Assembly (NCBI GenBank): GCA_001938485.1
Contig: MQRK01218639.1
Location: forward strand, 15,218-67,327
Origin: Girardia tigrina
Taxonomy: Eukaryota
Direction: 5' to 3'
Length of the DNA stretch: 52,110 nt
How positions within the stretch are numbered: the first letter of the stretch is position 1; the number at the start of each line of letters is the position of its first letter. The notes beneath the pieces are model-generated. The model saw nothing but the letters and a program-made list of their open reading frames with translations. It made no database searches and was not told the DNA's origin. Below, piece by piece: positions 1 through 10,951 of the stretch. Both the position numbers and the translations under genes were made by a program.

Positions 1-1343
1 ATTTGAAGTTTCTATGTGGTCTAAATGCTGAGATATAGGCAAAAGTAAATGGCCCATTCTTGACAAGATGAAATACAGTGAAGGTATATGAAAAAGTGCT
101 TAAAAAGTGCTTAAAAAGATGTCAAAGACTAAGTCAAAGAGTGGAGGAATGTTATACAAAAATTTGAGATAACGTCTCCAGGTATAACAATCATGAAAAT
201 CGTATGGAGGAACATGGGGACAAAGACAGTTTCTACGAAATGACAGGCAACCAAGAACGGACGGAAGATCAAATCAGTATTCAAATGACTACAACCGAGG
301 CATAGCGACAGGATGAGAACTGGCTGCACTGGACAAAGAAGACAAAGATTGCTTGGAAAAAAACGAAAAGAGCCAATTCGATGAGGAACCTATTTGGGCG
401 ATGGAGTAAGTTTTGTGAATCTTAAGCCGAACCACATAAGTAGTGTGTATGATTAATATAGTAAAAGTATGTATAAAAGTATTAATGATATAAAAAATAA
501 TAAATATATAAAACTAAACTCCTAAGTAATTTAAATAATGGCATTATGAAAGAAAAGAAACAAGAAGCAGTAAAAATAGAGGTAGACACAAAGAATGGAA
601 ATGAAAAAGACGAAAAAGGATCGACGAAGAGTAAATTTTGAGAGGAAAGTATTTACGAAAACCTTCAACTAACAGAGAAAGCAGTGCGATGGATGAAGAG
701 TTCATCAATAGAGACACAAACATTTGATTCAAAGATGATTATGGCGTTCGAAGAAAAACAGAGGAAAATTTCGTATGACAGACTTCAGGGACGTCCCAGC
801 GTAACAGTAATTATAGAAGAAGAAATCGAATGTTTGTTTGATACAAACATTTCATTATAGCTGCTATGAATGTGATAATTTCATAGAATAAACCTAATTT
901 ATGAACTAGAAGCAAAAGTTGGAGATAAAATAACAGATGACCAGAGACTAAATGAAGCAAAAAAACATATAGATATGCACGGAAGCAAGGAACTAAAAGA
1001 TTTAATCATAAAATTTAAGAGAATATTCATGGCAAATGACTGGAACATCGGCAGAACACATATAATAAAACATGAAATCAAGACGACAGGTAAACCGTTA
1101 AATATTAAACCACGAAGACAACCAGAACATTTGCAAGCTAAGTTAGACAAAGCCCTCAAGAATTTGGAAGAAAATGAAATAATTCGACGTTGCAACTTAC
1201 CGTGGAACACACCACTAATTTGTCTGTTTAAAAAGGATACTGATTCAATAAGGCTATGTATGGATTTCAGACAACTGAATCAAATCTCAGAAAGACAAGC
1301 CTTCCCGATGCTAAATATTTTTATTCACGAGTATCATGTCTAA
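1..1343 (+). mobile_element. Decayed Ty3/Gypsy LTR-retrotransposon fragment (gag/protease/RT N-terminus)
   Basis: Protease-like ...IECLFDT... near 825-845. ORF 975-1343 reads IGRTHIIKHEIKTTGKPLNIKPRR...PWNTPLI..KKD..IRLCMDFRQLN...FPM, the start of a Gypsy RT, truncated before YxDD. Confidence 0.8.
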
Positions 1344-1422
1344 TATTAAAGACTTGTTGTATGCTTCAGTAAAATCATTCTTTTAAAAGTCAATTTTATA
1401 TGAATCTCTATAATCACCCCGT

Positions 1423-2076
1423 AACTAAGGACCGCAGAAAAAGTGCTAATCAATCACTGCACTGTGCCCAGAGGTGCTAAGGGATATTTTTAAAGTGCTA
1501 ATCGATAGTGCATATTTTGCCGCAGATTTCTAATGTGCTAGCACAGTGCTTTTCAAGTTGCAAATGTGCAAAAGTGTAAAAATCAATACATAAAATTTTT
1601 TAAAAGTACCAGTGTCAAAAATTGATATCATGTGTTTGATGCACATTTTGATTCTCTATTTGAATGTGCAATTAAAAATTTCATATATTGATTACTTTTC
1701 CATATAATTCACATAATGTGTAAATTTACACAAAATGCACATCGATTTTAGAGACAGAAGGAACCAGAATATCAAAAAAGTGCTCATGCACTTGTACCTT
1801 TAAAATCAATGTGCAATTCGTGCAAATTTGCACATTATACTAATTATAGAGAAAAGAAATCAATATATGGAAATTTGAATTGCATATTCAAATAGAGAAT
1901 CAAATGTGCATCAAACACATGATATCGATTTTTGACACTTGTACTTTTAAAAAATTTTATGTATTGATTTTTACAATTTTGCACATGTGCAACTTAAAAA
2001 GCACTGTACTAGCACATTAGAAATGTGCGGCAAAATGTACACTATCGATTAGCACTTTTTTTTACGGTCCTTAGTG
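1423..2076. mobile_element. Palindromic MITE/foldback element with (C/A)ACTAAGGACCG termini
   Basis: Left end aactaaggaccgcagaaaaagtgctaatc and right end gattagcacttttttttacggtccttagtg are reverse complements. The arms (~1490-1750 vs ~1800-2060) are imperfect inverted repeats. No clear TSD. Confidence 0.8.
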
Positions 2077-2084
2077 ATGGTGTC

Positions 2085-2320
2085 ACGGTTGCTATCGTCA
2101 TAGGAACCGTTACCATGGTTACAACCACCTTGAATCACTGTATCCGTTGCTAATGAAAAACGTCCCTTGGATACCGTTGCTATGGTAACCATGACCTTGG
2201 TTACCGTCACCAAGTGAACCGGAACGGTTGCTGACTAGGCTATGGTGATCGTGACCGTTACCATGGTAACCGTTACCGTTGTCATGGGCTTCCCCCCGGG
2301 GGGGTGAGGGAGAAGTCCCA
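2085..2320. promoter_or_regulatory. Cluster of RFX X-box-like palindromes followed by a C6/G7 hairpin
   Basis: GTTACCATGGTTAC (2109-2122), GTTGCTATGGTAAC (2176-2189), GTTACCATGGTAAC (2257-2270) plus several degenerate copies; ccccccggggggg at ~2292-2304. Confidence 0.5.
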
Positions 2321-2328
2321 TCTTTCCC

Positions 2329-2688
2329 CTACCTCAAATGAAACCACAAAATCATATTTGATTTTATGTATAGTCTTTTCTTATAGATACTTATCGATAT
2401 CCATTTTAGAGTTTCAGGTATAATTTCCAATATCATTCCTTTACGCGATATTGTTTCAGTTACAGTTTCAGTTACAAAACTTTGAGACTTCTTTTGATAT
2501 TTTATATAAGAATCATTTCGTATTGTTGCAGGAGTGTAATAAATCAATGCATCTATTATTGCCACCTGCCATGTTCCTGTCAGGTTAATACTATTCTCAT
2601 ATTCTACAATGAATTTGCTTGCTCTATTGTCTGGTTGAGTATCCGGACAGCTATTGCTAGGTAATACCATATAAAATGAATCCATCAA
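2329..2688 (-). pseudogene. Truncated tandem duplicate of Polinton minor capsid (penton) gene
   Basis: MMDSFYMVLPSNSCPDTQPDN... nearly identical to the N-terminus of 2657-3796, with the ~75-bp upstream spacer also duplicated; cut off at ~2350. Confidence 0.85.
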
Positions 2689-3796
2689 TCAAGAATGTTC
2701 TCGAAATATTCTTGATTTCGTTTATATATTTTAATGAAGTCATACTCACTTCTCTATCAATCATGTATTTCTTGAAATGTAAAGTTAATATAGTTTTTGC
2801 TCCAAAACTAAGCTCAATAGGTCTGCCGCTATCATCACGAATATTAACTTCATGAATATTTATACATGAAGATGAAATAGGTAAATACATAGGAACAGCT
2901 GGTGCCAAATATACTGGTTCTCCATGCTTGTGTTTTGATGCATCTATCCAAACACATCTTAAAAGAGGTACTCGATCTGATCCAACTATTATTGGCTCTA
3001 CAATACTAGAATAGATATATATTTGATTGAAAGCATTATCCAATTTTATTGGGAATACAACTTTATCATCCTTGAGATTGAATTCGTTTTTTATAAAACC
3101 TAAAACCATTGCTAATTGTTTATCAAAAACAGTTTTCTGTATATAATCTTGGAATGTGAATGATAAAATATTATTTTCTTCTAATTTGATGGTCTTGAAT
3201 ACTTTTTGACATTGGGTTTTGCGATGACTTTCAACTTTCTCACAACTGTTTAGATTTATGTCCTCTTTAAATACAAATGTTTCCCAAATAGAACCATTTT
3301 CAACTTGAACATTTATGGAAAGCGTTGTATTCAAAACATTTTGTTCTAAAAGTTCATTAGCTGAATATGATATATATTCGTTTTGGTCATTTAATACAGA
3401 ATTAAATTTCAACTTGAAACCCCATTCTTGGGTTTCCTTTTGATGCTCAAATAAAACCTCAAAAACATATTTTGATTTTATGTATAATCTTTTCTTATAG
3501 ATACTTATCGATACCCATTTTAAGGTGTGAGGTTTCCTTTCCAATATCATTCCTTTGCGTGATATTGAAACAATTTCAGTTGTTAAACCATTGAAATTGT
3601 ATAAATAATTTATATATGTATCCTTTCGTATTGTTGCAGGAGTGTAATAAATCAATACATCTGTCATGGCTACCTGCCATATTCCTGTCAGGTTAATACT
3701 ATTCTCGAAGTCTACAATGAATTTGGTTACTTTATTGTCTGGTTGAGTATCCGGACAGCTATTGCTAGGTAATACCATATAAAATGAATCCATCAA
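2657..3796 (-). CDS. Polinton/adintovirus minor capsid protein (penton, single jelly-roll)
   Basis: FYMVLPSNS...INLTGIWQVAM and C-terminal IYIYSSIVEPIIVGSDRVPLLR...YLPI...VNIRDDSGRPI...TILTLHFKK are typical Polinton mCP motifs. The last ~35 aa look like read-through into the duplicated spacer. Confidence 0.85.
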   Translation of the reverse strand: MMDSFYMVLPSNSCPDTQPDNKVTKFIVDFENSINLTGIWQVAMTDVLIYYTPATIRKDTYINYLYNFNGLTTEIVSISRKGMILERKPHTLKWVSISIYKKRLYIKSKYVFEVLFEHQKETQEWGFKLKFNSVLNDQNEYISYSANELLEQNVLNTTLSINVQVENGSIWETFVFKEDINLNSCEKVESHRKTQCQKVFKTIKLEENNILSFTFQDYIQKTVFDKQLAMVLGFIKNEFNLKDDKVVFPIKLDNAFNQIYIYSSIVEPIIVGSDRVPLLRCVWIDASKHKHGEPVYLAPAVPMYLPISSSCINIHEVNIRDDSGRPIELSFGAKTILTLHFKKYMIDREVSMTSLKYINEIKNISRTFLIDGFILYGIT

Positions 3797-3881
3797 TCAA
3801 GAATGTTCCCGAAATGTTCTTGATTTCGTTTATATATTTTAATGAATTAATACTCACTGCTCAAATCATGTTAATACTTCA

Positions 3882-4914
3882 TTAATTTTTGATTATATCT
3901 TTAGATGTAATCCAACTGGGATTTTTATACCCATACCATTTAACTAAATATTGTTTATTTTCCCGACTACCCTTGGATTTGATGATTTTCTCAACTCTAT
4001 ATACATCGGGCTTTTCAGGAAGAACCTGTAATTCCTGTGTATAGAACTTATCTTGAAAAACACCATCATTATCATCTATAATATCATACATTACAGGCAT
4101 TTGTCTTGTATTTATTCCACTTATTCGAAAAACTTCATCACTCCAATTATTGTTAAAGTTCTTGATAAAAGGTGTTGTGCTCCCTTTACTGATATGAACA
4201 TAGTCACCAATTTCATATTCAGGCTTCTCATATTTCTTCGCATCACTCTGTAATGCACTGTACATGTCATTAGTAACACTCACGCGACGAAGGTCATTCA
4301 AGCCTCGATGTGGAGTATTATTATACACCTTGATAAGTTTAGGTAGGACCGTATACCATACTTTTTTACCAATATGTGTTACATATTTTGTAATCTTTCT
4401 TCTCAATGTGCGATTGAATCGTTCAACAATACATGCCTTATATGTTGAAAACATTGAATAATGTTTGATTCCATACTTATCAAATATTGCCTTTACTTTA
4501 CTATTGTAGAATTCATTACCTAAATCAGTTTGTATAAATTTAGGCTGAACACTTTTCATCATTGTTTGAATTGCAACAGCCATGTCTTTGGCCGTTTTTC
4601 TCTTTACAATTACAGCACGAGCATATCTACAGAATACATCAATACAGGTCAGAATATATCTGTACGTCTTATTGATTTTCGCATATGGAATCATATCCAT
4701 TAAATCCATCTGCCAGATCCAAATTCACTGACTTCGATAAGTGCCTCCTCGTTGGGAATCTCTTCAATAATGGTTTGTTGAGACTGTATGCCAACTGCTG
4801 TCTCAACCACTTGTCTGCTTCCATCTTGCTGATCTTTGACGCCTTTGCCATTATTGATACGCTTCCGAAACCAGCTGGGTCTTCGGGGTTGAACCATATC
4901 TTTTCCATCAACAC
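3882..4914 (-). pseudogene. Polinton retroviral-like (rve) integrase with C-terminal chromodomain, frameshifted near 4700
   Basis: WFNPEDPAGFGSV...KRFPTR; DLMDM...YILTCIDVFCRYA...IQTDLGNEF...IVERFNRTL (DDE core); YRVEKIIKSKG...QYLVKWYGY (chromo-like). Confidence 0.9.
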
Positions 4915-4999
4915 AACAGTTGCACTTAATATTCAATGCTAGATTAAGAAATGAAGACGTTGAACCCATATCGAGCGTTTATATACTAATTCAATTACC

Positions 5000-5494
5000 G
5001 TTTATATTTGTTTATTAACATTAGCACCATTTTCAATGGCATTTAATGCCTTTTTCGTACCATATGATATAGCTCCATTCGCAACTTCTGGAACAATAAA
5101 ACTACCGAGCCATTGAAAAAATGGTATTAAAGCAGCCCATACGAAACCATCACCGTCTTGATTCCTTTACTGATTTTGTTTCTTTATTTCAAGTAATACT
5201 TTTGCACCAAAATAATTTGTCTTTGATTTTGTAGGTGGTATAGTAAATCTTTGATTAAGAATATGTAGTTTTGTTTTTAATGCCCTTGCCTTGAACATTT
5301 TTAAAAATGTATCTTGATACTTCTTCAAAGACCTTTTGTAATTGCCAATTTTTTACATTACCAGACACAATATTCATATCAAAGAAATCCTTCTGTACAA
5401 ATGCTGGGAACTTATGTAATAGATCCCATCTATTTGTTCCGCTTTTTAATAATGCTTCAAAATATGGAATACTTCTAGTAATGTACATCATCAT
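5000..5494 (-). pseudogene. Small Polinton core/membrane-active precursor proteins (degraded)
   Basis: MNIVSGNV motif (5255-5494) and QDGDGFVWAALIPFFQWLG amphipathic segment (~5100-5160) resemble the small proteins between ATPase and integrase in Mavericks. Confidence 0.45.
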
Positions 5495-5740
5495 CTAACA
5501 AATCTAACTGCCATATATACTGTTTATACTAGTCTCCATGTCTGTGGTATTTTTTCAAAGTATTTTCGTGCAGCCATTACTTTTGCTATAGTTTCATAGA
5601 TAGACTTTTGATTATTTGGTTGCTTTAAAGAAACTTTATTTGATTTCTTTACATTTAACTCCTTCGATATCGTTTTAGAAACCCTCTTTGGATTGATTTT
5701 AACATATACTTTGGTAAAATTCATAATTAATATATTCACA

Positions 5741-6373
5741 TCATAACTTTTGTTTATACAATGTAATGTATTTAGTATGAAATAGATTTGTTTTTAGTCG
5801 TTGATCATTAGGACATTCTTGAGTAAAATCTATGAAAAGGTATCCATACGATTTACATGTTGCATCCATGAATGAATCTACAAAAAAACTTCTTATCATG
5901 AGGAAACGCTTGTCTAGCTAAATAATCAACTACAGTTTTATCTCGTGGATTCTTGAAAAGTACCAAGTAATGAACATTTAAATTCCTCGTTCGATGATTA
6001 CCTCCTTGGTGAAAAGATTTTGAGTTATGAATATAACCGTCACTTCTTTATGTCTGGAAATTTTTATAACTAAATTGGTAAAATCTTTCTCCTTATTTGC
6101 CTCTTGGAAAAGATCATCAATTACAATAACATCTCCCTTATGGAGACGCGAAGACCAGTTTTCATCAAATCCATTGATGATCTTAACACCTTTTAATTTA
6201 CAAAATTCATATTCAGTTAGTCCACTTTCACCTCCTCCGCCTTGATGCCAATAAATTCGTTGAAACTTGTTTTTAAACATATCATTTCTCTGCAATAACT
6301 GAAATACAAAATGTGTTTTTCCACTACCACTGGGTCAAACTACCTGAAATACAGCATTGTTGTTGAGATTCAT
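5741..6373 (-). pseudogene. Polinton A32/FtsK-like packaging ATPase (stop and frameshifts)
   Basis: xPSGSGKT Walker A (~6320-6340), VIVIDDL Walker B, SRH..VIFITQNLF, YLVLFKNPRD, YGYLFIDF. Confidence 0.9.
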
Positions 6374-6491
6374 TTTTAATTGTATGTGTATGCACTCATT
6401 TTGTCTATAAAACGTACAAAATGTATTAATAATAATAACATTTATCACATTGAATTTTTCTTCAAACAAGAATTTTTAAATTTGATTATAA

Positions 6492-6818
6492 CTAAACGCA
6501 TTCGTAAATTTGCTCTTCTTTTTCTGTCAAACGAATTTCTAATTTGAAGAAATCATTCGAGCAACAATCGGAACACTTTAAAACTTTCCATCCTTTTTCA
6601 ACACCTATAATTAAATATGTTTTATTTAAGTAATTTTATTGTAATATAAACCATTTTAACTTACATTTTGAAGCTGTGACCATTTGCTGCTCTTCAAGAA
6701 GAAAAGAAGAAAATGCGATTAAAACTATTAAAACTTTCTGAAATTTTGAAAATTATTTTTATAATTTTCGTTTTATAAATTGTAAATATTTCAAATCCTA
6801 ATTTAATATTGTTACCAT
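6492..6818 (-). CDS. Three-exon secreted Cys-rich (knottin-like) peptide, paralogue 1, 62 aa
   Basis: Exons 6818-6816 (ATG), 6737-6665, 6604-6492; introns GTAACA..CAG and GTAAGT..TAG. Product MKVLIVLIAFSSFLLEEQQMVTASKCVEKGWKVLKCSDCCSNDFFKLEIRLTEKEEQIYECV; fifth Cys replaced by Phe. Confidence 0.8.
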
Positions 6819-7338
6819 TTTTGTGGAAAAAATTTTTTGTTTGTGCAAATTATTTTATGTATTTAAAAATAAAAATATTTTTTCTATACGTTATAAGGAA
6901 AATAAATTTGAATAAATATCGATTTGACCTAAAAAGAATATATTTGTATATATTTATATTTACATAAATTTATATAACATATAAACATTTTTATTGCTTA
7001 TTTTTCTGTGTCAACCTCATCACTGAAGTCGTTTCAGCAAGTGTTTCGACGAAACACATTAATATATTATTAATATAAAAATATTTTCAATGTTCAATTC
7101 ATGTAATAAAGAAATTTGAATATATAATTATTATTATACTCCAATAGAAAAAAAACCGAAATAAAATATATAATATCGAACATAAAGTAAACGAAGTAAT
7201 TAAGTATCACAAAATCCAAAGAAAAAACACTAAATGAAATAAAATAATTATAGATCATAATAAAGTAATCCTTTTACTCCAGGTTTCTTTCAAGAAATGT
7301 TCGGGATTCAATTATCGTTATTATATTGTCATTATTTT

Positions 7339-7386
<48 letters not shown>

Positions 7387-7769
7387 ATTGATCTCTCTCT
7401 CTATTACTGAAATAATTGTGACAATTGTGATAATTTTTTGTGTTTTTTATATAATTTTGATTTTGTGTTGTAAAAAATGAATGGTAAAAGATTAAATTTG
7501 TAAATTTAAAAAGAGAAAAAAATTATCGAAATTGTAAAACATTTTTGACCTTGCAAAAATTTGTTTTGCTGCACTAAATTAATTAACTATGAACTTTTTG
7601 TTGCTGGAAAATTTTGATTACAAATTGTTTTGGTGCCTTTTGAGACGATTGTTTGAAAATTGTAAAAAGAAAATAAAAAGAATTTCAATTTCCTGAGCAT
7701 ATCTTAATTTACATTTTTTCAATTCATCTAAAGTTACAAATCCAAATTACCTTTTATAACCAAATTTGA

Positions 7770-8112
7770 ATGGAATTAGTACATAGTTTAATTTTAAATG
7801 AGAGAGCATTGGTGAAATTACCAAACGAAAATGGCCAGTTTTTATCTATGAATGGTTGATATTTTTGGACAAGATATTGTTATATCAACTAGATAAGTCT
7901 CCCGGACCTACCACGAGAACACTAATCACCCGGAATATCGACACTGTTCAGCGTAAGCGATACGTACTTCTTGTCATCAACACTGTCAAGTCAAAGGACG
8001 ACAGTCCGAGTTCTGTCCCAACGAGATTAACTTCAATCACATCTATTGGAGAGATCTATCACAAACTCGGTCACATGGTCGGTCGATCGTATGAGGAGAC
8101 AATTTCAGTTTT
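7770..8112 (+). pseudogene. HEATR5: HEATR5 (HEATR5A/B, Laa1-like) N-terminal fragment, intronless, frameshifted
   Basis: MELVHSLILNERALVKLPNE/PVFIYEWLIFLDKILL..SPGPTTRTLITRNI..VKSKDDSPSSVPTRL..IGEIYHKLGHMVGRSYEETIS matches the HEATR5B start as recalled (MELAHSLLLNEEAL..KRPVFIFEWLRFLDK..SPGPPTRKLLAKNL..KDDTAAYLPTKL). Confidence 0.85.
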
Positions 8113-8139
8113 ATCTGTGACAATCTTTTTTATCTAAGA

Positions 8140-8415
8140 CAATCTTTTATCTGTTTACTGGACACGGGGGCTAGGATAAATGTTTTGGATAATGTTCTGT
8201 GGTACATAGATTAGGATTAGAAGTTTTGACTAAGACGAAAGAAAGTTTTGCTTATGCAAAACATAGTTCTCTTAATAAACTAAGATCTGTAACTCTATAT
8301 ATGGAGGTAGGGAATATTTAAAAAGAAAATCAGATTTTTGTTGCTGATAAATTGTCTCCACCTATCATATGTGGTATGGAATTTTGATTAAGTCTTTACA
8401 ACTTAAAAGTTCCAT
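8140..8415 (+). mobile_element. LTR-retrotransposon aspartic protease remnant
   Basis: CLLDTGARINVL active-site motif and PIICGMEF further downstream; contains stops. Confidence 0.6.
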
Positions 8416-8499
8416 ACAGCTTTTTAATTTTTAAGAACTTTCAAATTCAGCCTGACATTTTTCATCGCTTGAGACGTTCCGCTTGTCCATATCATAGGT

Positions 8500-9050
8500 C
8501 TTTTCCAAAAGTTCGAAAGCTGTCTTGAACTCTCATTCATGAATTCCAACATTTGCGATCAAAGGCAATGCCTCTCCGAACAAACTTTGTTGTCACAATA
8601 TATATTTTTCTGCTTCGATCATTTTGCTGTCTTCTAGATAGACTTTAACGAACATGTGCCAATATCGATAATCTTTCCTTTGGCCACTAAAGTTAGGTAC
8701 TTGCAGCGGTTTTATTCGAGAACGGATCTAGAAATTGTTGCTTAATTTCGTTCTCATGAAATACCTCAAATTTATAATGCTTCATCTTAATTTCTTCCTT
8801 CTTCATTATTAATTTGATAACTTCTTCACTTTGTTTCAATTCTTTTCTTATTAATACTAGCTATTCGAATATTTCAATCGTAATATCGAACTCTCTCCCA
8901 TATTGCATGTAATGCATTTTGGTCTCAGACTTGATTCGAAGTTTTTCTAACGCTTAGTTTCTGATCCGAAGCAACAATCTCTTCCAACTCATCTTTTTTA
9001 TTCCCTCTTCCCAACACTCCAAACTGTTCTTCACGACGATATCCCAATCA
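8500..9050 (-). mobile_element. Bel/Pao-type gag (DUF1759-like) remnant
   Basis: RIKPLQVPNFSGQRKDYRYW...EAEKY resembles the LPKL.LP.FSG...W motif of Bel/Pao gag. Confidence 0.45.
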
Positions 9051-9059
9051 CTCGCTCCA

Positions 9060-9256
9060 TTTAACATTAAAATCAGCTACAACTTTGATCCAATTTTTAT
9101 GTCGTAGCTGCCGAGATATATGCCTACCTCTAACTGCTTTCCGCCGTAGATGAGTTGCTGTTGACTTGGTGGAATGTCTTCATTTCTTTAGATTTTCTCC
9201 TTGAATTCCTCGATTGAATTGTCAGGATCCTCCTCCAGCGTGATTTTCTTAAACAT
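9060..9256 (-). pseudogene. Ubiquitin/NEDD8-like domain fragment with two stops
   Basis: KKITLEEDPDNSIEEFKEKI*RNEDIPPSQQQLIYGGKQLEVGIYLGSYDIKIGSKL*LIL aligns with ubiquitin (KTITLEVEPSDTIE..IPPDQQRLIFAGKQLE). Confidence 0.8.
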
Positions 9257-9599
9257 AGACACCTGTTCCTGGGTCATCAAGGCTCACTGTCACTATCATC
9301 GATCCCTCATCGGCAGGTGTAAAACTTTCTTTTGAACCGAGCTTGATGTTTATCATATCATACTGAATGGAGCACCCGATCTCGCCTGCCACTGATCTAC
9401 TCTAGTAAGTAGTGCATTTCGAGTTTGGTAATTTCAAGAAAATAGCATTCACGTTTTGCAGATCCGAGTTGTTGCTGATTTTTATGGTCTTCGGAACGCT
9501 CATTGCAAAATAAACTAGTAATGGCAATCGCCATTGCTCGCGAAAACTGTCAATAGTTAAATGATGCTGCCTAAATTTGGAGTACCAGACTATCATATT

Positions 9600-10200
9600 C
9601 TCAATCAGTTTCCCGCTCCATATAGCCATGTGCTTGACGGCTGGTGACAGCACTCGACGAATTTGAACACCGAAATCGGATTTCTAAGCCCATTTCTGCA
9701 AGAAAAAGTTTGACTACATCTCCCCGGTTAGTATCAAAATTGTTCATCAGTAGCTCCTGTGGAGTTTCAAATTTGTTTAACGCCACTTTAATAACGGTAC
9801 ACAGTTCCTCATTACCTTCTGATTTTATTTTTCGTCACACGGAAAATTAACACGGTCTACAGTCAATGACCACCATAAACTTTCCCTTGATGGTGTGTTT
9901 CACATTCATGACAATTCATTATCACATCCTCCATACGCCTGGCTAATCTTTCTCTCATTTACGATGAATGGATCGATCAACTGCAGCTTAGATTTGGCTT
10001 CCTTATACATGTTCATGACTACTCAGTTTTCTCGCAAGAATCTTCATTCGTCTCACTCGGACGCGGTGAATTTCATCGAGTTTTTCTAGGCTGTTCGGCG
10101 TTTTCAGCAACCTTTCGATTCCTACTTCTGAGACTACCATTGGCTCCTTTTCCAGTGCTAAAAAAGTCACTAGACACTCAAGTAATGCAATTGGCTCTGT
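9600..10200 (-). mobile_element. Gypsy-type integrase remnant
   Basis: FMVVIDC.P...RKIKSE..EE...PQELLMNN...FL...IRFRC resembles the rve core; heavily disrupted. Confidence 0.55.
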
Positions 10201-10486
10201 ATTATGCTATTGATATTATACTATGTTATCAAACAATATCGTACCAACCATTTAAAACGTGAGGGTATCCAAAGTGATATCGTCATACATCCATAATGTC
10301 AACGTATTGCATCCATATTATCAACGTATTGCATTCATCATGTCGATACACTGCTGAAAATGTAAAAAATATAGAAAATGCTTAACAATATATAAAATAC
10401 TAAAAGAACTACCTTATCAACCATTTCATGCTATCGGTTGAGGTTCCTTTTGGTGAACTTCAAATGTTTGATATTTTTAAAAAATC

Positions 10487-10900
10487 ATATTTATATTAGA
10501 TAAAGTAAAAACAATGTCGATTAATTAAAATAAAATAATTCTTTAATTAGTAAAAATATCATCTATAACTTAAATTTTTATTTTAATGAATTTTTTCTTT
10601 TTAATTAATCGACATTATTTTTATTTTATCTAATATAAATATTAACACTATCAACCTTCAAATTTATCATATGAAACATTAAAAATACCTTATCAACCCT
10701 ATAAGCAACTATCACATTTACCTTAACAACCATAAAAATCACCATATCAACTATCCAATATACATTATCAATCATACCATCAACCATCAAAATTTACCAT
10801 ATCAACTATCAAATATACCTCATCAACCATAAAAATACCTTACCATCCATATCATCAACCATTAAAAGTACCATATCAGCTATCAAATAAAGCTTAAGAA
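10487..10900. repeat. ~40-bp inverted repeat pair plus degenerate tandem ccatatcaac(t/c)atc repeats
   Basis: atttatattagataaagtaaaaacaatgtcgattaattaaaa (~10488-10529) vs its reverse complement (~10598-10640); iterated ccatatcaac units ~10690-10890. Confidence 0.6.
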
Positions 10901-10951
10901 CCATATTTTGAATTATTATTATTACTAAAATAAAAATAAAAATAATAATAA

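Larger units (their letters stand above)
6424..8112 (+). repeat. ~1.7-kb segmental duplication, copy 1 (copy 2 at ~10952-12642)
   Basis: Collinear near-identity over the peptide gene, an AT-rich spacer with a (TA)n microsatellite and the HEATR5 fragment; offset ~4.53 kb. Confidence 0.95.

Noticed and set aside
2085-2290. CRISPR-like array
   Set aside because: Repeats are short, degenerate and irregularly spaced; eukaryotic context with no cas genes.
6424-7090. Initial reading of the four-copy 0.7-kb repeat as a SINE or MITE
   Set aside because: No TIRs, pol III boxes or TSDs; conserved splice sites and open spliced frames explain it better as a gene family.
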